Shown: in pieces, positions 22,431-35,500 of the stretch | How positions within the stretch are numbered: the first letter of the stretch is position 1 | Layout of the letters: each line of letters starts with the position of its first letter | Assembly (NCBI GenBank): GCA_004022145.1 | Contig: RCNU01000002.1 | Source: Paecilomyces variotii | Lineage: Eukaryota | Length of the DNA stretch: 64,000 nt | Reading direction: 5' to 3' (one strand) | Position numbers and translations under genes: made by a program | Notes under the pieces: generated by a model | Seen by the model: only the letters and a program-made list of their open reading frames with translations | What the model was told of the DNA's origin: nothing | The model's database searches: none

Positions 22431-22701
22431 CAGGCTGATGCCCGGCTAAAATGGCTAGTCCGTCGGCCATCGACGTCATCTACTGGCTGGCACTGCAGAT
22501 TGAGACGATCTGGGAACACGTCGCGTACTGACGACATGTCTCTCTTTTAATGGTTTGTCCACTATAAATGATAAAGATACTTTCGCGCGTTTGAGATCTT
22601 AAATACAGTTACCAACTACATGGATCTTATAATCTAGTAAACCCCACCACTAGATTATTGCTGTATCTGCTTCCTGATAAGCAAAGAAAGACGCTATCGC
22701 A

Positions 22702-23528
22702 ATGTCAAGTAAGTCTTATCGTATTCAAGTCTAGCAAAGTCTTACAACAGGATTCATCTGACTATTCACACTACAGAACAGCCTAATTATTGTACGTGTG
22801 AGAGATGTTCGAATTTATTGCTACCAATTGACCATTCTGTCCAGACAAGGTCTTGGGCGTTGAGCCCACTGCAACGCAACAGCAGATTCGCGATGCCTAC
22901 AAAAGGTTGGTATTACATCTTGCATCTCGCCAGATCCTTCTAACTATTTCCACAAAGAGCTTCCTTAAAACATCACCCGGATCGAGTTCCAGCAGACTCC
23001 CCTGAGCGCCCGGCGCGCACTCGCAAATTCCAGGATATCAACGACGCATACTACACACTCTCGGATCCGAAACGCCGCCGTGAATACGATGAAGTTCGCA
23101 AGTACGAAGAATATGAATCTCCAGATGAGGATGTACCCCGGGGTGGTGCAGGCGGATTCCCGTGGTCGACCTTCGGGTTCGGTGGGTCACAAGAGAGTCG
23201 CGACGAACGGGATTCTGAACAGTTCGGGTCTGTCTTCGAAGAGATGCTTCGCGAAGAGGGGCTCGCCGACGAAGAAGAGGGCCGCACGAAACCTACAACG
23301 CGTTTCTGGTCTATCGTTGGTGGTGTGAGCGGTGGCGCGCTGGGATTCATTATCGCCAATGTCCCTGGAGCTCTTGCAGGGGCAGTTGCGGGAAACAGGC
23401 TAGGTGCTGTTAGGGACGCCAAGGGAAAGAGTGTTTATGAGGTATTCCAGGAGCTACCTCAACCTGATCGAGCCAAGTTGCTCAGTGAACTGGCGGCTAA
23501 AGTTTTCCAACATGCAATGGGTAGTTAG
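22702..23528 (+). CDS. DnaJ-domain protein; introns 22709-22776, 22792-22844 and 22906-22957
   Basis: Spliced MSKQPNYYKVLGVEPTATQQQIRDAYKRASLKHHPDR...KFQDINDAYYTLSDPKRRREYD. Gly-rich hydrophobic C-terminal segment. Confidence 0.88.
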
Positions 23529-24406
23529 AGGGGCGGGCGATCTGCGATATTGAGGCGCATTCGGTTTTGATTTCTTATTCGATGCTTTGATACTCCTTTT
23601 CTTGCCTGGCTGGTCTGGTGCCTTGGTTAGAAACTGCGCGATTGATATTGTTTATCTCAAATGATTCCATAATCCAGCACCCTCGAGTAGAAATGCATGA
23701 CGAGTCATTGAATTGTCTGCTGGATGGCACAGTGGTATAAAGCTGGCCCACACCATTTACCGGGAGGCTTCCTGTTTGAACCTTGGAGGGGTTCCTTGGA
23801 TTTCTAAGAAAAGCCCTACCCGCCAAAAGCAAGGTGGGGTTTTCGTAATTACCTCCATCTCTCTCTCTCTTTTTTTTTTTTTTTTTTTTTTTTAGAGTAG
23901 TGCTCGGGAATGTGAGCTTTCCTTTTTGACAGTGATTTTGCCCGGATAGTGATGAAGTGCCGTATTTTTTACTCTCCGCCATATCAATATTATAAGTATT
24001 ATCGCAGTGTTTGTTCTCTAGCGAATAGAAACACAGCCTCGACTAGATCTATTTACCACAATAAGTACTTTAAGTTGCAGTAATATAAAGCATTATCTCT
24101 GGGAAATTTGTTAATGGCTGGGTGGCTAGCTGGGGTTTTAAGTTATCGATAACGACAGGAAACGGACGAAGGCCTGGACTCTGGACTAAAAACGTAAATG
24201 GGACCCGCTCCCCCCGGACCGCTAGCAAAGAGGACCCCGCCCAAAACAGTCCATCCTACAGGCTTCAATTCCATTCCTCAATATTAATAGAATTTCCTTT
24301 GGGTGTCTGGCTTTATTTTACTGGTGATCCTGCTTTTGTTTTCACTCTTTTCAATTCTCGTAGTTTTCATTATTTAGATCTAGGCCACCGGCTTAACAAC
24401 GTCGCA

Positions 24407-25489
24407 ATGGCAACCGAGGCCGCAAGTGTCTATCCCTCCCTCGAGAACCGCCCTGTCAAGGGCACTATCTGTCTGTTCGATGTCGACGGCACCTTGACGC
24501 CTGCGCGCAGGGTATGTTATTCTACAGATGATTCTGAAACTCTGAACGCATTAGTTATAGTGCCCTCCTTCAAAAAGTAATATCGCACTCACGTGCTAAT
24601 GCATCATTTCCTACAGACCGTGTCACCGGACATGCTTGAACTTCTCTCTCGACTCCGTCACAAGTGTGCAATTGGCTACGTCTGTTTCTCTCCCAGATCG
24701 CTATTCACTTTCTTTTGACGCATAATTCAGGTTGGCGGTTCGGACTTGGCCAAGCAACAGGAACAGCTCGGCACCGCGTCCATCAATGTCACCTCCCTCT
24801 TTGACTTCTCCTTTGCCGAGAACGGCTTGACTGCCTACCGCCTAGGAAAGCCTCTCGCTAGCAACAGTTTCATTCAGTGGTTGGGTGAGGAGAAGTATCA
24901 GAACCTTGTCAATTTCTGTCTGAAGTACATTGCGGACACCAAGCTGCCCAAGAAGCGTGGTACCTTTATCGAATTCCGTAATGGAATGATTAACGTTAGC
25001 CCCGTTGGAAGAAATGCAAGTGTGGAGGAGAGGAATGAGTTCGAGGCGTATGTTGCCCGTGTTTTTTCAATTATGGGGGCTGTGTATGCTGACGCATTGA
25101 CGCGCAACAGTTATGACCAGGTTCATAATATCAGAAGGGATCTCGTGGAAGCTCTGAAGAAAGAGTTCCCTGACTATGGTCTCACGTAAGGGATTTGCAG
25201 CTGACTTTGACAATTATCCTAACAGTAACTATGAAACAGGTACTCTGTCGGTGGACAGATCTCATTTGACGTTTTCCCCACTGGTTGGGATAAGACCTAC
25301 TGCTTGCAACACGTCGAAGCTGAAAAGAACATCTCCGGCGTCAAGTATGAAACTATCCATTTCTTCGGTGATAAGTGTTTTCCTGGAGGAAACGACTATG
25401 AGATCTTCTCGGATAGCAGGATTTCCGGTCACTCTGTCACTGGTCCAGAGGACACCATGAAGATCTTGAAAGAATTATTCCGGCTATAA
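24407..25489 (+). CDS. SEC53: Phosphomannomutase (HAD-IIB family); four introns
   Basis: Motifs [62 protein letters not shown] and [15 protein letters not shown]. Confidence 0.97.
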
Positions 25490-25903
25490 TTGATCCCTGA
25501 GACGCATACGCATTTTTGCATTAGTTAAGTGTTGTCTAGCATATTCGCCCATTTACGTCGACAATATAGACAGAAGAGCAGTAGGACTCGTTTCCGTGGA
25601 AGTAAACATTTTATAATTAAAGATTATCAGATTGTGTGCGCATCTCTCATACTTGTAAGTATCGTCTACAGATCGCAGCTATATCGTAATTACCGCTTTC
25701 GTCTGAAGGCGGAGAAACCCAGATCGAGATCTCCGAGCTCCGACCGAATGGGGCTGAGTCAGCCCATCAGCCCGCAGGGCTGCGGAGCGTCATTCCTGCG
25801 GTCTCTAGCTTACGGTGAACCGACGACGTCCCCGACAGTTTGACAATGTTATCGAAGTTCCTTGAAAACACTCATTGCTAAATCATACATTCTTTCGTTT
25901 ATA

Positions 25904-26986
25904 ATGGCGCCTCAGAAACAAGTGGTGGAGGTGCCACGCTTCCTCCTCCCTCGTCTGACATGGAACACTTCTCCCCGCACCACCGTCGCTCCTCCTGAGG
26001 TTGCTGCTATCCCAGCGAGAAGACAGAACACATTTAGCTCGAATCTATCTGCCCAGAAACTGCAGAATCCGTGGATCTCGGCGCCATCCAGTACTTCCTT
26101 GATCTCTTCCCGCACATACAGCACTGCACATACCGTCTCCCGCCGTCCTTCTATCGCGAACACCTCTTCTACTTCGTCTGCCGAATCAGTTGGCAATCCG
26201 ATCAAATACAATGGTGTCTATGTTGCTACCTTCAAACCAGCGCGTAGAGCCTTCCGTGCCACGGCTGTCCAGCAGAGAGATCACCATTTCGACACCCTGA
26301 AGTTCGTACAGAGGTTGAAGAAGGAAGGCTTCAGCGAGGAGCAGGCAGTCGCGATGATGAGGGTGCTCAACGATGTAATCGAGGAGTCTATCCAGAATCT
26401 TACGAGGACAATGGTTTTGAGAGAAGGTTTGTGGGCTCTGTCCCGTCTGAGCAGTGCTGGAGTTTACGCTCTGCCGCCTTAAATCGGGCCGTACTGTCAA
26501 GCAGCTTGGGGGTGATCTGGGCTAATGATCATTCGACAGATTCCGAGCGCTCCATCTATACGCAAAAGGTGGACTTCGCAAAGCTCCGTTCTGAACTCCT
26601 AAATGCCGACTCGACTGAGGCACAGCTGACTCGCTCCTCCCACGAGCGCATCTCGGCCGACCTTGCTAAGCTAAACTCTCGCCTGCGCGATGAGATCGGA
26701 CGGACGCAGGCGTCTGTCCGGTTGGACCTGAATCTGGAAAAAGGCCGCATCCGCGAGGAAGCCAATGGACAGGAGATGCGCATCAAGGAGACAGAGACCA
26801 GAATCGAGCAAGAGGTTGCTGGTTTGAGAGAACGTGTTGAAGCAGTCAAGTTCTCAACACTACAGTGGCTGATGTATGTGGTCCCTCTAGTTTATCTATC
26901 GCGTGCAATTGCTGACTTGGTTCGATAGGGGTGTTTGCACTGGTACCGCTGCACTGATTATTGGTGCTTGGCGTCTGTTTATGTAA
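25904..26986 (+). CDS. Mitochondrial DUF1640 / CCDC90-MCUR1-like coiled-coil protein (Fmp32/Put7-like); two introns
   Basis: Ser/Arg-rich presequence-like N-terminus, HHFDTLKFVQRL..EGFSEEQA, QKVDFAKLRSEL, VRLDLNLEKGRIREE, and C-terminal TM QWLMGVCTGTAALIIGAWRLFM. Confidence 0.85.
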
Positions 26987-27665
26987 ACAAGAAGGAAGTT
27001 TCCAAATGTTTGAGTATGATGAAAAGATATTTGTGCTGTCTTGGACGATATAATGTAGAGAGGGATGCAATGCCCTCATGTTCAATCTTTTGGCCTATTT
27101 CCTTTGTCTGTACGATATTGCCATTGGCATAAGCTCCTCCTCTCTTTCTAGAAAAATATTCGGAAAGATGAAACCTAAAATAATAGCAAGGCCTTGTTGA
27201 AGTATTATATGGTTGGGTGTGGGGTGACTCCCGCGGTTCTCAATTATACCATAGCTCTTATTTGCCTATAATCATAGCCTTTGTACCAACGCATGCGGTT
27301 TATTCACTTGACAACCAATAGTACTGACCAATTTCTATCAGAAACATAATCTTGGCCTCCCAACCCAGCAGTTAATGGTACTTTGTGATGTGCGGAAGTG
27401 CTATCCGTCTGATCTCCCACTCTTTCGTCACTCTGATGTGCAAAACTCATAAGGCTGCAACCACAACCTAGACAGTCAATTTGGGGGTTCTTCAGATGTT
27501 ATTTGCAAAAGTAGTATATTATTTAGTCTAATATCCCTCTAATTCTTTCAGTAGATAGAGGATACTGCTGAATGTGGTGTTGAAATCTATCGCTCTGATT
27601 ATTCCGATATTAAGTATCTCCCTATCAAATCACACACAACGTCATCACAGATCGTCGGAAGCATC

Positions 27666-29107
27666 ATGCAAGCGATTTTGGGTATGCTGGGATTCGGTCC
27701 CAAGAAGGAGCTTCATGACTTGGAAGGAAGAGTCGCAGTCATTACGGGAGGTGCTCAGGGTATTGGGTTCGTTTCTCGGTTCTGCCTTTCTGCATGAGTC
27801 GTATTCCCTTACCTATACGGGGTATTATCTTGATCTTGTTTCGTTCAGAAGGCAATTTCGCGTATCAGAAAGCTGATTGTTTTTTCTTCGCGTATAGATA
27901 TGCAGCAGCCCGTGGATTCTTGGAAGCAAAAGCGAAGGTCATCCTTGTCAATCGTCAATGGGATACCGGATCCGATGCGATCCACGAGATCAAGAATGAT
28001 TTCGGCCCCGACGCCCTGGTAGAGTGGTACCATTGCGATCTGGGGAATCTGAAGGAGACAAAGGAAGTATTTGACGGGATTCGAGAGAGGGAGAAGAGGT
28101 TGGATATTGTATGTCCCCGCCTACTGCGAAGCTCATCTTTCCGATGGGTTTCTTCCTCTATTGTAATTCGATGTGTTAACGAAAACTAAATTACAGCTTG
28201 TGCTATCAGCCGGTATTAACGCGAATAAATTCAGCCTCGACCACGACCACATTGAAAGCATCTTTGGCGTCAACTGGCTAGGCCATTTCTACGCTCTCAA
28301 CCGTCTCTATCCTCTTCTCCGAGAGACGGGGAAGATGAACCCGCCAACAGCACCCAGGATCATCCTTCAATCGTCTGAGGTGCATCGTGCTGCGCCGTCA
28401 ACTGTGCAGTTTGAGTCAATTGATGAAATCAACGATGCCAGGTTGGGTCCTGTGGAACTGTACGCTCGATCAAAACTGGCAATGATTCTGGGTGCCAAAT
28501 ATGGGCTTTATGAAAGGGTTATCAAGCCGAATAAGGATAATGTTTATGTCATTTCTGTGCATCCAGGAGCGGTATGTGATTATTCCTTCTATGTACATCT
28601 CATCTTACCTCGATGGGATGCTGATTGCTCGTTACGAGTGAATAGGTCAACACGGCGATGCAGCAGCAGTGGAAGCAGGCATATCCAGGCCTTCTGGGGA
28701 AGCTGTTAACTAGTGCGAATTTGTCAATTGGACGGAGCCCTGAGCAGGGCGCATATGCCACGTTGTAAGTGCTGTCCCGTGATAACTCACTCGATGTTTA
28801 CTACTGCGGTTCAATCGTGCTTATTACGCGTACAGGTATGCCGCAACCAGCCCTGAGATCGAGGAGAAAGGTTGGAACGGCGTATACCTCACTAATCCAG
28901 TAAGTATTTTTTTTCCCCGGTGGCACAAGTCATGAATTCCCGTAGGAGAAATTCGAGCTGACCGTATTGAAGGGCCAACTGGGCAAGGAGAGCTCGCAAG
29001 CCAGCGACCCGGGACTCGGCCTTAGACTATGGCAGCTGAGCGAAAAGTTGGTCAAGGAGAAAGTCGGAGCAGATGCACTCAACGATTGGCCGGAATTGGC
29101 TGTTTAG
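27666..29107 (+). CDS. Short-chain dehydrogenase/reductase (retinol-DH/WWOX-like); multi-exon
   Basis: Motifs RVAVITGGAQGIG (TGxxxGxG), CDLGNL, FGVNWLGHF, catalytic YARSK, VHPGAV and LWQLSE. Confidence 0.9.
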
Positions 29108-29909
29108 GGTAATCCCTTTGTTAATTTTGTACGGTAATATCACATCGCGATCCATGTAGGGTTTTTTTCCAGGCCGATGCGCCGATGCAGCAAGCACATC
29201 GAAGGAGCTGCTTTGAAAGTTGAACAAAGAGAAAACAGATCTACATCAGCAGATTGAGATACTTAACTGGTCCAAACATTACAAAGAAATATGAGATCAA
29301 GTCACAGCCTTGGACAGTATCACCTATAGATTATCAGCCATCGGTAATCATCAATGAGAAGATGCCCGACGGAACCAGGGTGAAGCTAACCTAGGCTAAA
29401 CACGGTTCTAATCAAGACAAATATTACCAGTAATAGGCGAGTAATTAAGATTCTCATCTGAATATCGAGTCAGTGACGAACATTCGTTGACAATACACTT
29501 ACAGAAGCCTTTGCGAGGGATACTTAGAGTGTGGCAACTGACTGTCTGACTCTGTTGTCACGTTCATCCCTTGGACCTTCCACTCAAATAGCCGTTGGTC
29601 TAGACAATCTTGTTCTAGTCTAGGCTTTGTCTAGGCTTTATCAGAAACAAGACGTTATCTTCAGGATGCGCATGCGCTACGCTGTGGACCTGACCGGTGA
29701 CCGTCGGTCTCTTATCAGATCCTTGTTTTTGGCATGCATTCCGGCATCCTCGCACGCGATCACCGTTGCAAGGGCCAATGCTCTTCTCCTTTGTCGGACC
29801 GCCCTGAATGCCACCTACCTAACAAGTCATAGCCCCTGATGCGGTTGTTAATCATATCGAAAGGACTTGATTAGCGCTTCGCCTACTCTTTGTTGCCGCG
29901 ACCGCTAGA

Positions 29910-32192
29910 ATGCAGGAACAGCTGCCGTCGTCCTTTCGAGAAGACGTCGCTTTGCTGTCCTCGGTCCCCGCATACCAGAGTGTGACTGGCACTCCGATAT
30001 TTGTCCTTCACCACGTAACCGTGTCTTCTGAGAATCTGCTGTTTCTCAGTCCGTTGATTTCTCTTGTTGTCCTGGGGATCTTGTGGAAGCTTTCCCCTGG
30101 GCGACTACGCGGATCTCACCCCTCTGGCCGCGCTAATACGCGTGGTATTAGCGGATTGGCACCGTCGGATGAAGAAAACGCTGCATATGTATTAGTATCC
30201 GCAAAGGGAGACCTCTGTCAGGGTTTCGGGTCAGCAGGAACGTTTCAAAGTCGGGGCGATACAGCTAGATCGCGGTCCAAGTACGCGGTCTGGGTAGCGG
30301 CTACCATATTTCTTACCGCGATGTTGTTCAGTCATGCTTCTCTCCTTGCCTTAACTGGGTATCTCCCAGGTGTGCTATCGCTTGGAAATCTGGAGAATGT
30401 GCGCCGCCAATCTTCATCTGCAAGTGCTGCTGGGCCACTGGATGTTTTCCAGGTCTATCAACCCGTCACGTTTGATCCAGCAAGCAATAATGCCTGCAAT
30501 CAAGAAATCCTGCTCATGGAACATCAATTTGCAGCTAGTTATGGGCATCCGTTTGTAGGTAAGTAGAGCATGTCTATTGCCTGGGCTACGACCATCAATT
30601 GATTCGCTTTTCTGCCAGGCAACTATGAACCGCCTCAATGTGACTTTGATACAACAAGAATCAATCTCACCGTCACATCTAAAGGCCGTCAGTTTGACCG
30701 CCTGGCACTGATGTTTCTTGGAGACGTAGAAGTCTTTCGGACATCCACTGCTGAGCCTACTACTAACGGGATTGTGTGGACGTACATCAAGGAGATGTCT
30801 CAGTACAACACACTCTGGAAACAACCCCAGAAGTTGATATTCGACCTGGGGAATCTTATCGACAACACCTATACTGGTCCCTTCAATGTGACGCTGACAG
30901 CATCGTTTACGCACCAGAACAACGTTAAAACAGCAGACGTCATTCTGCCCATCTCATCGCGGAAGTCATCCAGCAATTCCTCGAGCGCTTTCACTGTTCC
31001 ATCTGATAATACGACCGTGGCTTACAGCATTCCTGGAAACGTCTCTCGTGCCATCGTATCCATTTCAGCATGTGGACAGTCAACGGAAGAATTCTGGTGG
31101 TCTAATGTGTTTTCATCCAACACGGCAGATTTCACACAAACTGCCGGCGAGCTGAACGGCTATTCGCCCTTCCGTGAAGTCCAACTTCTGATCGATGGGA
31201 TACTGGCCGGAGTTGTATGGCCCTTCCCTGTCATCTTTACAGGAGGGGTTGCGCCGGGTTTCTGGCGTCCGATTGTGGGCATCGATGCATTTGACCTCCG
31301 AGAGCCGGAAATCGATGTCACGCCGTTCATTCCTCTGCTTACTGATGGGAAAAGTCACACCTTCGAGATCAAAGTCCTAGGGCTTGATACCTCTGCAAAT
31401 GGAACCGCTGCGTTGTCCAATACAGTTGGTTCATATTGGGTGGTCACGGGAAAGGTGTTCCTTTATTTTGGAGATACCGTCATTCATGGGAAAGGTCGTC
31501 CTCAGATCAGCGCCCCGGAGCCCCAATTCTTTATCACACGGAATCTCGTCCAAAACGCGCAATCCGGCGCGAACGAGTCGCTCTCCTATTCAGTTAGGGC
31601 TGAGAGGAATCTGACAGTCCGATCATCTTCCTTTCTATGGAGCCAGACTCTATCGTATTCAAATTTTGGTTTACTTACCCAGCAAGGTATCAGTCAGCGG
31701 AACAACCAAAGCACCGTCGGTACGGTATCAGCAACGAGTATCGGCAGTGGTAGAGGGTCAATCGAGAGCTATACGACGTTTAGCTATCCACTGGACTGCA
31801 ATTCAACCTACGGGATTACCGATGAGACGACATCTATCGACGCCACAATTAGTCGTGGTCTTGATATTGACTCCAATGGCGGCCCCGGCATATCAACCTA
31901 CACTCTCACATCGGGGCCTTCGACGCTACATACAAAGCAGTATGGAGAGGCACATTATTTCTCCACATCTGGTGGTAGCTCCTCATCAGGTGAGACAACA
32001 GATATCTTTAATGGTGATGATGGCTACCAGAGATACGTCAAGGCAGTCAATGGGACTGTCGTCAGCGATACCCCAGCAGGTCAAGAGTCATCGGCTCGTC
32101 TCTTGAAATCCCCTGGCAGCGGACAGTTCTGTCTTGGCAGGAACAGTGTCAGGAGCATTTTAGGAAGAGGGCCCAGCACACCATTTGTTTAA
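29910..32192 (+). CDS. Peptide-N4-(N-acetyl-beta-glucosaminyl)asparagine amidase A (acidic PNGase A type); intron 30559-30618; start uncertain
   Basis: Motifs LMEHQFAASYGHPFVG, GRQFDRLA, VEVFRTSTAEP, EEFWWSN, SPFREVQL.IDG.LAG..WPFPVIFTGG, WRPIVGIDAFDL and many N-x-S/T sites. Confidence 0.92.
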
Positions 32193-32595
32193 CCTCGTTT
32201 GGACCTACGAAGCAAATAGATCTATTAAAAGCCTCGAGCCTGCTAATACATACCCTATTGATCGGGCAAGGGCTTCAATATCTTATAGAAGTATCACCAT
32301 GTGTGACATTTGAAATATATATATATATATATTTCAGCACTCACGCAGTCTATAATTTGCCACCTCAACCGCGGACAAAACAAGAACGTTAATCGTTAAT
32401 CCTCTGATACTCTTAACGAAGTCATTTTCGTCGCCTCCGCGGCCGAAACCTAAATTTGTGGGGCGGCCGGGGGATTTATCAGCACTATCAGCACGTGACT
32501 TGCTAGATAAGGATTTGGTCCGATATGTCAATTGCCCCAATTGCCTCCTGTTCTTCCCCTCGCGACGTTCGGAAGACCTTGCTCAGAGCACCAGC

Positions 32596-35500
32596 ATGGC
32601 GGTGGTGCGTGGAGAGGTATCATTGCCAGGTATGACTCCAGAATGCCTTTTTCCCTTGGTCATCGATCTATATCGGTTCGATTCACTAATCCTTGCTATT
32701 CAAGGCCCCGTGCCTGAGCAGCTGGCCACCGCGTTCGCGCAATGTCAGGAAACCGAGCCAGAAGGGCCTCCCAGCAAGCGTCGCAAACTAGCAGATGGTG
32801 AGACCAGCAGTACCAATTCTCCTCGTTCTCTGGATTCAAACGCGAGGAGGCCTATCGGTTATATTACCTTGGCCCGTATTCTCCTGGATTTGGTGAGTTC
32901 CTAGTCGCACCTTGCGCGGAAGAGGTTCATATGGCCATTATTAACATAGTACCAGAGTTACGCAGAATCTATTGGCGATTTCGGACAAGGAGACTCTTCT
33001 CCTAACGAGAGACTTGCGATCCCCGTGTTTATTCGGAGTGTTGGGGCTCTGGCTGGCGATCGGGAATTTAAGCTAGAGCTTGCCACCGTACAAGGGAAGC
33101 GGGTTCTGTTTCAGGACACAATACGACAGTCAGAGATCACGAATTTAGGCGCTCAACTTCAGCTGCTGAGTGGGCTTGTTTCCACGGATCGGGCCCGCCA
33201 GACTCAGCCTTTAGTATGCTATCAGTCTACACTACACGCTCTGTCTGACCGAAAGTCTTTCCAACTCGAGCTCAACATTCTCTGGAAAGACTCGTTGGAA
33301 ATTCCTCGTCGATTCCCCAAAGAAGCTCGGCTTATTCTCCAGACTTATGTTCCCTATGGACTCCCGGAGTACCCATCGACAGTATCCCATGTTAATGGTC
33401 AAAAGAAAGTTAGAGCGACATGGTCTCCACGGGACTTCTACGACAATGTCCATGTTCCTGAACGTACTCCGGCGGCATCTGCAGATATAAAGTGCGATCT
33501 TATTCAATGCCAGCTTTACCCATTTCAAACCAGAGCCGTCCGGTGGCTTCTTCAGAGAGAAGGCATGCAGCTTCAGCCCGATGGTAAAGTCGTTCCAGCC
33601 GAACCGGAGCCATCTGAGGAACTTCCAGACTCCTTTTACGAATTTACAGATGCGGATGGGAGACGCTGTTTCGCTAGCCATTTGTTTCTCACGGTAACAA
33701 CAAATCTTTCTGGATGGAAAGATGCTGGACGCTATCTTAAGGGCGGCATTCTTGCGGAAGAAATGGGGCTCGGCAAAACAGTGGAGATGATCAGCTTGAT
33801 GTGTCTCAACCAACGTCCGCTGACACTCAGTGACGAAGGCTCGTCTACCGACAGTAAAGGTCTCCTTGAATCCCGCGCGACATTGATAATTACTCCGCCC
33901 GCAATTCTCGAGCAGTGGAAGCAGGAAATCAATACACATTCTCCTGGTCTTCGCGTCCTTCATTACACCGGGATTCCTCGAAATTCTGAATCTTTGAACG
34001 AGGATCTGGTCAAGACGGTTGCTAATAATGATGTTGTGCTTACTACATACAACGTTCTCTCACGCGAAGTTCACTACGCAGGTGACGCTCCCAGGCCGAA
34101 CCTTCGCCACCAGAAAAGGTTCGAAGTCCGGAAAACGCCCCTGGTGCAGATATCATGGTGGAGAGTGTGCCTTGATGAAGCTCAGATGATTGAAAGCGGC
34201 GTCAGTAATGCTGCTAGGGTTGCTCGAGTTATCCCTCGCCAGAACGCATGGGCTGTAACAGGCACTCCGTTACGGAAAGACATCAAAGATTTGTTCGGGC
34301 TTCTATTGTTCCTTCATTACCAGCCATTCAGTGACGGATTAGATATCTGGACGAGACTGTACGAGAATTTCAAACCTGTGTTCAGACGCATCATTGGCAA
34401 ACTTGCGCTTCGACACAGCAAAGACCGCATTCGAGATGAGCTACGTCTACCGCCTCAGAGGAGAGTTGTAATCACGGTTCCTTTTACACCCATTGAAGAG
34501 CAGCATTACGGTCATCTTTATGAGCAGATGTGCGAGGACTGTGGTCTTGACAACACTGGCACACCACTATCTGGTGACTGGGATCCTAACTCTCAAGCCG
34601 TGATCGATAAAATGCGAAGCTGGTTGACGAGATTACGGCAGACATGCTTGCATCCTGAGGTAGCTGGGGGCAACCGTCGTGCATTTGGGGTCGCTAACGG
34701 ACCATTGCGGTCGGTGAACGAGGTGCTTGAAGTTATGATTGATCAAAATGATACGCTTATTCGCACCGAGGAGCGTGCCCTTCTACTCTCACAGACCAGG
34801 CGTGGTCAGTTGTTAGAGAACGCTCATCGCGGTAAGGAAGCCCTCCAAATATGGCAAAATGCCTTAGCCCGGGCCAGTGAGATCGTCCAAGATTGTCGCG
34901 ACCAGCTCCAGGCAGAACGCGAGAAGGAGAGGGCTGCACGCGAGACTTTGGATAACGACACAGCCTCTGTCGATACTACTAGTGACAAGGAGGACGGCGA
35001 AGAAACAGCAAAGAATAGTCGCATCGGCACTTACCGGGCAAAGCTTCGGGCTGCACTGGAGGTTCAACATATCTGTACATTCTTCACTGGAAACGCCTAT
35101 TATCAGATCAAAACAGATCGCGCTCTCACTGAACCCGATTCTAAAGAGTTCAAGGAGCTCGGGAAATTGGAAGAAGAGGCGTATGAGGCCGCGAAGCAGA
35201 TCCGAAAGGAGATTCTGTATGATATCTCCCAAAAGGCTGGGCGGTATATGAAGACCATCAGACAAAAGTCGGTTACGAAGTCCTTGGTCCACATACCCAA
35301 CATGAAGCCGCACTTGTACAGCAGTGGGCTCGAAGGACGTCGTCTATTTGAGAGATTTGAAGACTTCTGCGACGCTTTGAATCGTCATGCCGTCCAGTAT
35401 AACGAATGGCGCGATTCTATGATAAAGTTACTCCTTCAGCCGTTGGTTGATGAGGAAGAGAATGAATTGGAAGGAAATGAATATGAGACGTCGACAAAAC

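Noticed and set aside
18001-23528. Two J-domain genes as a tandem duplication or chaperone cluster
   Set aside because: They differ in architecture and show no similarity outside the J domain, so the proximity is probably coincidental.
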